Source of the DNA: Lingula anatina
Taxonomy: Eukaryota > Animalia > Brachiopoda
DNA length: 64,000 nt
NCBI GenBank assembly: GCA_051362555.1
Contig: CM120644.1
Location: forward strand, 2,612,954 to 2,676,953
Reading direction: 5' to 3'
Below are positions 46,443-58,550 of the stretch, piece after piece. The number at the start of each line of letters is the position of its first letter. The stretch's first letter is position 1. The notes beneath the pieces are model-generated. The model did not search any database, was not told where the DNA came from, and saw only the letters and a list, made by a program, of their open reading frames with translations. The position numbers and the translations under genes are program-made.

Positions 46443-49400
46443 TTAATTCTATTATTTTGAACATTTTTTTATCATTTTTGTGTACTATTTATCAGTCACG
46501 ATATGTTCTGTCCAATCAAGGCACCAATCCTACACTATAAGTGCCCGCTACCAGGTGTCCGGAACCGCGCAAATTTAGATATGAACGTAATTTAGACTTG
46601 AGCTCGAAATGCGGACACCGTTGGGTACTTTAGTTAGGATAACGCTTTAGTATATAGCCTTCCAGATTCGCGGTCGAAACCTTTACGTCTAAACGCTACA
46701 GAGGAAATCCACACTGACAAAAATGACCAGTTTCAATCGTTTAATGTGAACTCGTTGCCTGCTCAGGTACATTCTGATCCCCTATTCAATATTACACACT
46801 TTTAGTACGTACTCCAGCCAATGGCTTCATGCACTTCTTGTCACTGGCTTCTTAATGCGACAGGTAAACAAGGTACTCAGCCTCTTCAAAATTGACACAA
46901 TGTATTATACAGAATACAATAAAAGTTATGGCTTGAAATTATTGACATCGTCTATGAGTTATTAAATGTCTCCGACACAGGGTCACAGATTGGCTTTACA
47001 GTAGACATTCACAAATAGCCTACATGTATGTTTCTTGTTAAATGATGGAATATTTCTGCATTGTGACCCTGTTATCAAGTTTCAAGGATAATTACCTGGC
47101 TGCTAATTTTTTGCGGAACATATTATGCACTTGACAAGTCCCTGCCAAGCCCCCCCCCCCTTTTAACCCCAAAACATATTTCAAAGCGCCTGTTTTGTCT
47201 TATTTTTCAACGCGTTTAGTTCCTAAGCATGTTAAGGAGCATTCACATCGAGAAGAGTCGAGGTCTAGTAAGACCGCTACCTAAATATGTTTAGCAGTAT
47301 GACGCGCTTGATGGCTAAATTTATGTAGGGTGCTTATGTAGGCCCTATTGCCCTTAGGTGAGGGTTTGACTGTTTAACTATATACAGGGAGATAGATCGA
47401 TCCAAACATCTGTGGGAATGGTCCCTTATAATTTACTTCAGTTTTCATCAAATACTGGGTATTTCCGTAATGATAGTCGGAAGATTCTACAAATCGCACC
47501 GCACAAGATTGGCCAGGGCTGTTGTAAATTTATGTTATATAATGCAAATCAAGCCTCATTTGAGATGGATAATGTGGCACTGTTATTGATGTTAAAAGGC
47601 TGAAACTAATTAATACCCATGACAAAATGTTGCCTTAAATTAATTCTATACATTACGTCATATATATAGGCTTTTATATGAACATCGTATCATGTTTTTT
47701 ATAATTAATATTAGTGACTCTACATCAACTCAATATTTTAATTACGATCCATGTCTAGCATCACGACGACCAAAATACAGAGTTGAACCAACGTCACATT
47801 TTGATGTGGCTGGATCAACATGGATTTGACATTGAATTTAGGTAGATCAACGGCTCTATGCATTCTGCTGCCAGCAGCCACCCTGAGCAGACAATAAACT
47901 TGGTCAAGCTGCCCACTAAACTTCAATCCTCTCTGAACTATTCCAGTCGTTGGAAGAACAATAGTTAGGTAAGTGGTCTATTGTCTGAAATATAACTGGA
48001 GTCAATTTTTAAATGTATACTACAAGTTATTATCTGACCCAGGTAACTAACTACTAATGTAAAATTTATTCCACGTTTTGTTTCTTCAATTTATGAATTT
48101 GTCACACTTTTTATCAGTTTTAGGATGCATATCTGGATTGTTCGTATACATCAACCGATTGTGTTTCATGGTTTTCAAATCCAAAATTTTGTCTAATAGC
48201 TCATCTAGAAGTATCAAGCTAATGTTGTGGACTCTTTCATGGTGAGAAAAATGCCACAACTGATTCTACATTGGTGCTGTAACAATAGCTGCCTCCGCAG
48301 CAGCGCATAAGATTTCAAAATGGCCACCATAGTATTTATCTATTATCGTGACTTGTGATATAGACATACGAATCGCCCGGCGTCATGGGCCCATAAGTCA
48401 CCGAAGTTTTACACATGTCAGAAACAAAACAAAACAAAATAAAATTAAAAAAATGTGATTTAGGTTGAAAGCAAAACTTTATAAATTATGATACACTCAA
48501 CTCTTGAGCTATAAATAGGCAATTTGTCAAACAGTGTGGTATATATATATATATATAAGTATAATTATTTATAGAAATAAGGCGTTGTGACTGACAAATA
48601 ACGTATCCAAGCAATTTTACCCCCCCCCCCCCCCCCCTTGGTGCAACCGGCCATAAAGCGCATTCATGCCAAACACAAAGTGAGTGTTTGTTTCAGTCTA
48701 CCCAAAAAACTTATGCAGATCGTATGTCTCCCTAAAGACGAGGCAGACCCAAAAAATATGTCAGCGGCGCGACCTATCATATTAAGGCCGGTGATAGGGT
48801 TAAATACGCTTAAAATCATGTTTTTGAGTTTTTTGTGTGTTTATATCAATCAAAAAAAGTATCTAACGTTGGATGTAATAATTTTTATGAATTTGCATCG
48901 CAAAATGCGTCTTTTGATGAGTTTTTCAACCGGCACGCGCCCCAGTCAGGCTGACAACTAAGCCACGCCTCTGTTACTAAGGGCCATTGCCATGAGGGGG
49001 TCGGAGCACAGTTAATGAGTTATAAGCCGATTACGTGTGCGGTAATAGGTCATAAGTCTTACATCAGCTTAGCAGCGAAGAAGTCTAGCTAGTACACTAT
49101 GGGGAAGAGAAAAGTTCGTGTTAAAAGCCCCTTTCCGGAGGAAAGAAGGGAAATTTAGAGAGTAAGGCCTATGCATGGCGGGGAAAACCGGCCCTATTTG
49201 TTCAGTCGGATGACTGATTTCTGTATACCTAATAAATGGGTGAAAGAGTTAATCGAATCGTCTAAATTAATTGACAAATGAAAGAAAAATCGATAAATAC
49301 ATAGATAAAAAAAGCCAAAAAAAGTCTAGCCTTTAATTTTTGCGATATATATCGTCGAGCGTATCTGCGACACGTTACGAAACCGGACAAAATAAAATTT

Positions 49401-52400
49401 TATTCTCCAAGATATAATATCATGGAGCTTGAGAGCACGCGAAAAATTGTGATTTGAATGGCCAAACAAGAGAAATCCAAGCAAAGGTTGACAGCATGAT
49501 TAAAACAATGAAAATTAAAACGAATGTTAGCGGATTTGCATTTTGCGATATTTGGAGAAAAACAATTTCAAAATCACTGATCAAGCTGGAAGAAAGAGTT
49601 CAAGTGTCGAAAAATGAAAATCACAAAAAGACCCCGAGAATAGTCAAGACTAGCACGAAAAAAGCAAATAGGGTCTAAGTGTCATGTGTAAAAATAAAAT
49701 ATTTATTCAAAAGCCTTCTCTCAGCCACTTTTACCGCTGAATCTTGTGCGGCTGAGCGTCTCCCCTTTATCTTAGCTGGCATTTTGAGAGAGACCGCTCT
49801 GAAGTAATCACTGGATTTTTCCGTTGATCTGACGACTACCAAGTGCCGTGCAAAATAATCCTGCAGCGTTACCCGTCAAAAAACTCGTATCAACACCAGT
49901 GGCGGACACTTGCTCTCGACACAGTTTTATCTGATCACTTTGCCGATAACAAAGGAGTCTCTCAGGTAAAATTACTCGATTGCCGAGGAAGACCCATTGA
50001 AACGTTCAAATGCAACTTCACACCTCTTAATTGCGGTTAAACGTAATCGCCTTTGTTAGCGCTTCCTTCTACATATCCTTGACACCCTACGGGGCATCAC
50101 TAGGCTAGGGCCCTCTCCAGAGCTGTCAATCTAAATGGCGGCACGCTTACTTTCCTAACGAGTGGTCGGAAAATGCAACAAAAGCACGATTTTCTGCCCC
50201 TTCAAAGCACCCAAACAAAATATTTTTAGATGACAAGAAGCAATGGTTCCATCTGATCGTATAACCGATAACAGGTAAATTTGCCAGCTAAGCATTTGAC
50301 TAATAAGCCCTGTTAACCAACCTGTGAGCGTTTTTGGCTGTTTTAACAGCTTTCTATATTGACGAGATAAGTGAATCGCTGCCAAGAATATCTCACTATC
50401 TGAGCAACCGATCGTTACAAAAGTTGCACCTATTGTTGTTAGGAATGTGGACTACAGCATGATATCAGGGGTTTAAGAGGAAATTGTTTGTTTGAAAGTT
50501 ATTGCCTTTTGAAGTGAATAAGCCATTGAAATATGGGCTGATTTAACGTAAAAGATGATAAAATCAAAAGTAAATAGTTTAAGACAATTCCCTGGCACCC
50601 CGCTGCAATGCCTTCACCCAGCTTTATGAGGCCTTTTGCATCACTTGAATAGCTGTCTTGGTTATAGAGAAAATCCCGAAAACGGCATTTTTCCCCTCAA
50701 ATTGGCGCCAGAGCGTAATCCGTTGGACACTGTACTTAATCCCCGTCTTTAATTGGCTTTTTCGGAAGTTTGTTTTAATTTTTTATAAAAACTTATAAGC
50801 CCAGGGCTTTGTTTCTATGACTTTGGTCCTTTTACTATCAGTCACCTTAAGTGTCAAGAGGTTAAGGACTGTGAATGTGACAATAATTACATCAGAGAGA
50901 CAGAAAGAACACTGAAATCTAGGGCCGTGGAACATTAGAGACGTAGCTCCATCACATCGAAGTTCTGAAAACACATTCACCCAGATAAACTGGGGTAGCA
51001 GATCCCACAGGAGGGGAAGGGGGGTAAGTAGGCAATCTTCACCCGTGCATACAACCTAATGCTGAACAGAGACTGGGGATACACCAATTGTCTCACGCAT
51101 TGACAGCACTGTCACTGACACTTCGGGGACTGGCGTTGCGACGGATTAAAAACGCCGGTGTAACAGTAATTCAAGTCCTGCGGACCTCGGTACCTGGTAA
51201 TGGTTGTCCGTAAAATGAAAAAGATGAATAAAATCACTGCAGCAAAGACAAGTGTTGTTATAATATAAAAATAATCACATACATACTAATCAATTTTAAA
51301 CGACAATAACCAAAAACAAAAACGAAAGACAAAAATAAAAATTCAAGCCTACGTTTTGACTGAGATGCGATAACTGGTAGGATGATCAACCATCGTGACT
51401 TACCGGTGTAACAGTAATCCAAGTCCCCCAGGAAGACAACCATTACTTGGAAATAGTAGTCCTACTGGGACGTAGGTTCCTGGCTCATAATTAGAGTAAG
51501 TAGGACTTGTTTTACTGGCGGACTTTTATTCCTGTTCATGACAGTAATGCAAGTCCGGCCATTTGAAAGTCCTATCCTTACGCAACAATACGGTTAAATG
51601 ATGCAATTATAAATGCATATGAAATCCTTCTGGTGAGCCATATACCAGTCAAAAAATGGGTAGTTTGCAACTTCAGCTCGTCTGTGTAGTGGATATCGTG
51701 CTAAACCGTAAAGTAAGTTATCATGAATCGGTCTGTTACATGTACACCTTTGGGTAAGAGACCTACCTTTGACATGACTTTATCCCCCCCCCCCCCCCCC
51801 CCCCCACCTACTCCATATAACCTGTACTTGTAGCAAAATGTATAATGGTGTTTGAATGTCCAATATGTGTCCGAAATTCCGTGCTCATAACACTTAACAT
51901 TATTTTTTTTGTTTTGCTTTTTTTAAGTGTCAAAGCACCAAGATAGCAATGGGATATCACAGAACATTATATTATATACATATATTGCATTTTTCAATTT
52001 CTAAACTGTCTTGATTTATCTTTAATTACAGTCCATACTTTTCAAGAGCAAATTTTCATCGAGTTTAAGGTTATTTTTCAATTTCTGCGAGTGTAAACCG
52101 TAAAATAAATCTAAGAACGGAAACCCAGTGTTTTGTGTAAATTAAGTAGGAGTAAGATTTTGAAAACATACAGATTGCACAAGAGAGAATTTCGACGCAA
52201 AAGTACGCCCCCAGCAGAAAAGAACATGAAATAAGATACATATATCCCAAAGGAGGAAAATAAGGGATGCCTTGGTACCTTATTTTGTAAATTATCGGGC
52301 AAACCAGGCCCATACATGTACGTATTGTGCACTGAGGGAGAAGTACGCCAAAAGTATGCGTTAACATAAGCACAAATTTGCGTTAACTACACGAAAAATA

Positions 52401-52664
52401 CACATAGAATTATAAGTAAACTGTTTTGTTACTTCATTAATGTGCATATAAACTTTCTATTGGAAAATAAAAACATTTTTAAATATAAAGATGAAATGTC
52501 GTATAAATGGAAGAAAGCAAACGTTTATTATATCTTTAAAACTTATATCTATTTATTCATGTAAACTATATAGTGTTACGCTTCGCGGCCGAGTGCCTTA
52601 TGAAGGTATAAATAACAATGTACTTACTGGTGTCTCAAGCCAAAAGAGACAAAAAGGAGCCAAA

Positions 52665-53210
52665 GAGCGCATTCTCAACGAATTAAGCCAGGCTTTACAA
52701 AGCCGGTGACCTAAAAATGGCGGACGTACATGAAAGAAAAACCGCCTAATCTTTTAATAGTCTCTCCGCCTCTCACACGCCTCCCCACACGTCGTCCCTG
52801 CGGGGTACAGTAATTAAATCTCGGCTCCGAACATTAATATTTCCGTGAATATCTCTGGTGATATTATCTCCGTAGATAGTCGATTCATTGCTGCTCTACG
52901 GGCCAAATTATTCCTTTTTCGTCTCTGTTTTCAAAGATAATAGAACAGAAGAGCTTTTTTCCTTCGATCGCCTTCAGCCGCCATGCTTTCTTCACCAAGA
53001 GTTTAACTGATGAGCATGCGCACTTAATATTTCTCAGGTAGCTTCCGCATGGCGAACGGAGACGCGATTTAATTACTGTACCCCGCAGGGACGACGTGTT
53101 GGGAGGCGGAGAGACTATTAAAAGATTAGGCGGTTTTTCTTTCATGTACGTCCGCCATTTTTAGGTCACCGGCTTTGTAAAGCCTGGCTTAATTCGTTGA
53201 GAATGCGCTC
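52665..53210. mobile_element. Foldback MITE (546 bp, ~165-bp TIRs), probably PIF/Harbinger-type
   Basis: GAGCGCATTCTCAACGAATT... / ...AATTCGTTGAGAATGCGCTC with a 3-bp flanking duplication AAA. A second, reversed and truncated copy lies at 56126-56618. Confidence 0.88.
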
Positions 53211-53862
53211 AAAGAGGAAGCCAAAGACCAAAGAGATAGCTACTATAGCCAAGAGCGAGGACCGCAAAGAGGCCGATTTATTTCAAATCACACCTTATAT
53301 ACAAGTTCAGATAGTACACGTTTACCAATCAGAACCAATTATAGTGTAATGTTAGTTAGTGACAGCGTGCCGTGAATAAGAGCGGGGAGTGTTTAGTAGA
53401 GTAACTTAAGTTGATTGACATGCTCTTATGGTATTTATACAACTGCGCTTAGTGTAAACAGAGAGAAGGCCGCTACAGATTGCATGAGGTAGGAATAGAA
53501 ATGAAGGAAGCGGCGCGGGTAATAACTGGACAGTAGTTCAATAAATGATAAGAAAGATAATATCTGAGTTGTATTTGCTACCTCGCGTAACATGACGAAG
53601 ACAAGCCTATAGCTTCGTCACAATAGTACAGTGAACAGTTTTACCTTTAAGTTACCAATCATTACATACAATTACATGGGAGAGATTCAAACTTGCACAC
53701 CGGACAACACTTTACTCATAGAGTCATCTACCGGTAGCAATATAAAACGATCTCAACTAACACACTACATCGTCACACTAGGACATGCGTCACTAAAATG
53801 TTAGGAACGCACGTCCCTTTAGGGCGTGCATTTCTACACGTAGGACTTACATTACTTGGGAG

Positions 53863-54735
53863 CCGGTGTACCATGAAAATGTGACTCCCCCAAAACGTGA
53901 CTCCCCAGTCAAATTTTCATAATGAAAATGTGACTTCCCCATGAAAATTTGACTCCCTCCACATAACTTTATAGATCTTATTTTATTTGAGTATATGCCT
54001 TTTATATTGTAGTAGGCATATGGAGGATACATTGGCACTTTTTGTTTGTTTGCAGGTAACAATTTTAATGAAAAAATAAGAAAATCAAAAATGTGTATTT
54101 TACCAACCAACGACTCCCCTATGAAAAAAGCTATTTATTTGATATTTGGTGATCATTTCAACATATTTCCCATATGTATACTTTATGAAGATTATATTGG
54201 AAATATTTGACAGTTTGGTGGTAAAATATTGGGTGCAAAAAATGAAAAGAAAAATTTTGAAAAATCTTCATATTCATACCCATGGGATTTGGACTCCCAA
54301 GAAGAAAAGGCCCCATTTTATATTTAGTCACCATACCATTGTTTTCCACATGTTTTGCATTGTGACATATTGTGTTAGTATTTGAAAATTTGGTGGTGAA
54401 AGTTTTGGTGAAAATTGATGATCTTTGAAACGAGTATTCTTTACTACCTGTAGGATTTGGACTCTGATAACCTTTTCATAGGAGTCATTGGGTGGAAAAA
54501 TACGCATTTTTGATGTTTTTATTTTCTTATGAAAATCTTCAAAAAAAAAAAAAAATGCCAATGTATCCTGCATTATGCATACTATAAGATAAAAAGTTAT
54601 ATACTCAAATAAAGCAAGATTTATAAAGTTTTGTGGGGGAGAGTCAAAATTTCATGGGGGGGGGGGGCAGATTTTCATTATGAAATTTTGACTGGGGGAA
54701 GAGGATTTTAATGGGAGTCAGATTTTTTACACCGG
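53863..54735. mobile_element. Non-autonomous TIR element with CCGGTGTA...TACACCGG ends
   Basis: Subterminal ATGAAAAT.TGACTCCCC repeats are mirrored by GGGAGTCA..ATTTTCAT at the other end. The two halves are loosely inverted and the TSD is unclear. Confidence 0.75.
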
Positions 54736-55439
54736 AACTATAAGGTAGAAAGGTTCTGTTTGATCCCAAGACCTACGAAGCTTCTGTGGCTTCGTGGTAA
54801 ATCCGCTGGCTTGGCCACAGTTCGACACTTGTTCGAGGCGTCGAGTTTCAGAACGCTCGGTGTGAATAACTTTTGCTAGTTATGATTTCTAAAATTTGCT
54901 TTAACTCAACTTTACTTGTTAATTAGATAGGCACATAACATGATAACAACAATATGATAACAACTTTTCGCACCATTTAACTTCAGTTTCATTTCCTGGC
55001 AAGTAGGATAATGATGCTGGGCTCTCCATTACTTGTGAGCTCCAAAACCGACCGCTCGCATGCAAAATTTCAAATTCTTAGATGCAATAGTTGCCGATGT
55101 ATGGAAACTTAATTCTTTGACAGAACCCTGCTTCGCCAAAGCCAAGCTTTGACCAGCCCAAAGGAGCACTACCCGATTAAATTACTGCATATTACACAAT
55201 CTAACAGTGCAACAGACGTGGTAGTCAGTTAATTGGTAGCGACACACCTGACTACACACTTCTCCAGTCAGATATCTTATATGAGATCTGAGTTTTTAAA
55301 ATAAAAAAGAACGCATTTTACCAATGTATACCTTTGAAACTGAAATACTCCATATGAAATGCCAAGTCATAGGAGCGGAATTGGCTACTGAGAGGCCAGG
55401 GATAAGAAATAAGAAGACCAGAATAGATCACTGAGGAAG

Positions 55440-56940
55440 ATTCATATATTTTCGATTAGGAAATTTGATACTATTTCAAAACTTTTGTCATTTTGACCAG
55501 AGGTAAGGGTTTTATGACCATGTAGGAACAGGGATATCTTAACTAGTTGGGTTCTGAAATATGCATAAGTTGCACCAAGTATATCTTCAACAGATTCGTA
55601 GAAATCACGATATTTCCTCTGTTTCAGCGGGCACTGAAAGAAAAAATGTCGGATGGTTTCGGGTCCCCACATAAACAGTTGGGAGAAGCCAGCGCTGCCC
55701 AGTTGTGGTCATATAGTTGGGCTTTAAATAGGAAGTCGATCCGGGCCTTGTTTAAGATGTTTTCATTTTGTCTGGAAGCTTCAGATAGGCGGTGGACATT
55801 GTTGCTGGGAAGGTTTAATTTCTAAGATTGTATTTGAGAGAAGATGCAGAAGGAAGATTTTTCTGGGTGGTATTTAGTTCATCCCAGCTTGTCATCAGAA
55901 AGTGTTCATTTGTATGTGAATTTAGAGGGAATTATGTAGTCTCTGTTAGATGTTGTCTGTAGCGGTAGTGTGGATTTATTTGTAAACGGGATGAAGTAGC
56001 AAGAGACAGGAAGGTGCTAGTTGATTGTAGATATTGAACATGATTTTTTTCGCGTGATTCCTTCGACGTTCCTCTTGTGAAATCCAATTCAGTACTTTAC
56101 AGCGATTTGAGCCAGGAAGGGCCCCCATGAAAGAAAAAACGCCTGATCTTTTAATAGTCTCTCCGCCTCTCACACGCCTCCCCACACGTCGTCCCTGCGG
56201 GGTACAGTAATTAAATGTCGGCTCCGTTCGCCATGCGGAAGCTACCTGAGAAATATTAAGTGCGCATGCTCATCAGTTAAACTCTTGGTGAAGAAAGCAT
56301 GGCGGCTGAAGGCGATTGAAGGAAAAAAGCTCTTCTGTTCTATTATCTTTCAAAACAGAGACGAAAAAGGAATTAATTGGCCCGTAGAGCAGCAATGAAT
56401 CAACTATCTACGGAGATAATATCACCAGAGATATTCACGGAGATATTCATGTTCGGAGCCGACATTTAATTACTTTACCCCGCAGGGACGACGTGTGGGG
56501 AGGCGTGTGAGAGGCGGAGAGACTATTGAAAGATTAGGCGGTTTTTCTTCGATGTACGTCCGCCATTTTTAGTTCTCAGGATTTGTAAAGCCTGGCTCAA
56601 GTCGTGGAGAATGCGGTCTTAGACCATCTTGATACTGGTGGGAGGATAGCTTTGATAGGTTGTGTGGAGAGGCTGTGCTATAAAGAATATGCCAATAATC
56701 AAGCAAAGGAGAACAATACGCATTGTAAAGCATGTTTTAACATCTTAAAAGATGCTTAGATCGTAGAGTATTAGAGAGCGATTTTAAAGGATTTAGTGCT
56801 TTTGGACCTTGGTTAAAGTATGTGTAATATGCTTGGAGTAGTTAAGTTTATGATCAAGAATAAACCCAAGGTGTTTATGGTATTTGTTTTGTGTTATAGC
56901 CGTGTTGCATAGAATAAGTGGACAGTACTTTTCTACATTT
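55440..56940 (-). mobile_element. Decayed non-LTR retrotransposon (CR1/L2-group) ORF2 3' remnant interrupted by a MITE
   Basis: KHLGFILDHKLNYSKHI..LYNAYCSPLLDY (56700-56880) and SPNCLCG..ETIRHFFFQCP (55630-55690) are characteristic post-RT motifs. Confidence 0.75.
56126..56618. mobile_element. Second copy of the 52665-53210 MITE, reversed, with one TIR truncated
   Basis: Reverse-complement match to 52665-53145. Ends GAGAATGCGGTC. Confidence 0.85.
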
Positions 56941-57386
56941 TCTATTTTCGTAGTAAAATCACTTCATTGCACTTTTTTTTTTTTTTTTTTTTTTTTGGTT
57001 TAATAAATTGTTTCCACTTCACTGACCATGCTTCAAGATATGAAATGTCAGATTGGAAAATGTCATGTGTTTTCCTGTTATCTGGGATAGACGGGAGAAA
57101 AATCGAAGTATCATCAGATTTGGTGATAATTTAATGAATTAATCAATCAGTTAATAATGAGAATTAGCCAATTTAGTCGATTAGCACATTAATTACCATA
57201 TTTTAAAAAGAATAATGAGGAATATGCTGCCTGAGTGCTATCCTTGTTGAATTCATTTCGGTTGTCTGCGCATCAGTCAACTAAGCTGCTTTATTTGGAA
57301 TTCACCAACATCGTATTTTTAAAACTAGGATAGTATGACCATGATAAAAATTGTCTTAATTTTTTTCAGTCTCTGCTGCCAAACAG

Positions 57387-58550
57387 ATGGCGTCACCACA
57401 ATGCAGATGCGGCTTTAGACAGTTCTCATCCGTTTTGATTGTTGGATGTTCGGTGCTGTTAATGTTGACGGTTTTGAAGATAATAGGCGACAGGCCGCAA
57501 ATGTGTAAATACAGTGTTCCTGATAAAATCCCAACAAAGCCGAAAAAAGAGGCACCATTGCCACCCAATGCCCGCCAATTGGGATCCGAAGATAAATCTT
57601 TGCTAAGGACAGCCCAAATAGGAAAGCATCATTATTCTCACGACACAGACACCGTTCTCGACCCAGGGGCAATCAGACCATTCCCTACCCTCCCGTCTTA
57701 CCCGCTGAAACCCGGCGGAGCAGGGAGACATTACAACCCCGGTGTACTTTTGTCATTTTTCCAATCGGAACTCACGGCTGAAGATAAAGAAATCTTTACA
57801 AATATACTAGGTACCATAGACAGGGTATGCAGGGAGAACAATATCACCTATTTCATGTCTGCGGGCACCTTGCTCGGGTCATACAGACACCATGGTATGA
57901 TACCATGGGATGTTGATGCTGACATTCATTGCAGCGTCCACGGTAAGGCGAAACTGACGGAGGCATTTTCAAAACATGCTCCAGACTATGTTGTTCATAC
58001 CCCGCTCCACACCCGCTACCCGGGGTTACTGAAGGTCTATTACAAGCGGTCAAATATCACGGTGGACGAGTGGAAATGGCCAGCAGTCGACATATTCCTG
58101 TACGCGGAAAACGAAACACATATTTGGGATATTCCTGGTAACCTAAGCGGAACCGAAGTACCTCGCCCACTCAACCCCAGCTCGAGTAAACTTTACAAGA
58201 CATTCGAAAAAAAAGTCATATTTCCTCTCCACAGGCGTCCTTTTGGTAACATCCTTCTCTACGCACCTCGAGACTCTTTTGCCTATCTGAATTTGTATTA
58301 TGGTAGTACAGAGTGCCTTAAACAACTGCATAGACAATACGCAATACAGATTCCCTGCAAGGAACTGGAGAACGTCGTGCCGTTCGTTTACAGAGAGGGG
58401 GTCGCCAATGGACCGGGCGTGATGGAAAAGCTGATGATAGGCGACAAGTTGTTACAAGAATTCATTATTGACGAGCCAAGTTATGCCGTAACAAAACGTT
58501 ATAGTCTGGAGTTGGTGGAACACAATGAAGACGGACGAGATTCGGCCTAA
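57387..58550 (+). CDS. LicD-family (FKRP/fukutin-like) nucleotidyltransferase-fold phosphotransferase, type II membrane protein, 387 aa
   Basis: N-terminal TM anchor VLIVGCSVLLMLTVLKII, a Pro-rich stem, YFMSAGTLLGSYRHHGMIPWDVDADI (LicD DxDxD), WKWPAVDIF, IFPL.RRPFG and YL...YG. A splice acceptor at 57370 before the ATG shows it is a eukaryotic gene with an upstream UTR exon. Confidence 0.92.
   Translation: MASPQCRCGFRQFSSVLIVGCSVLLMLTVLKIIGDRPQMCKYSVPDKIPTKPKKEAPLPPNARQLGSEDKSLLRTAQIGKHHYSHDTDTVLDPGAIRPFPTLPSYPLKPGGAGRHYNPGVLLSFFQSELTAEDKEIFTNILGTIDRVCRENNITYFMSAGTLLGSYRHHGMIPWDVDADIHCSVHGKAKLTEAFSKHAPDYVVHTPLHTRYPGLLKVYYKRSNITVDEWKWPAVDIFLYAENETHIWDIPGNLSGTEVPRPLNPSSSKLYKTFEKKVIFPLHRRPFGNILLYAPRDSFAYLNLYYGSTECLKQLHRQYAIQIPCKELENVVPFVYREGVANGPGVMEKLMIGDKLLQEFIIDEPSYAVTKRYSLELVEHNEDGRDSA

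Noticed and set aside
47740-47975. Possible exon ending at a GTAAGT donor (~47969), perhaps the LicD 5'UTR
   Set aside because: A donor motif alone cannot be linked to the gene without transcript data.
53670-54870. tRNA genes suggested by A/B-box-like motifs near 53690 and 54790
   Set aside because: No cloverleaf could be folded; at most these are decayed SINE heads.
57387-58550. Bacterial contamination or a fresh horizontal licD
   Set aside because: It has a type II membrane anchor, a splice acceptor before the ATG, AATAAA just after the stop, and animal transposons on both sides.
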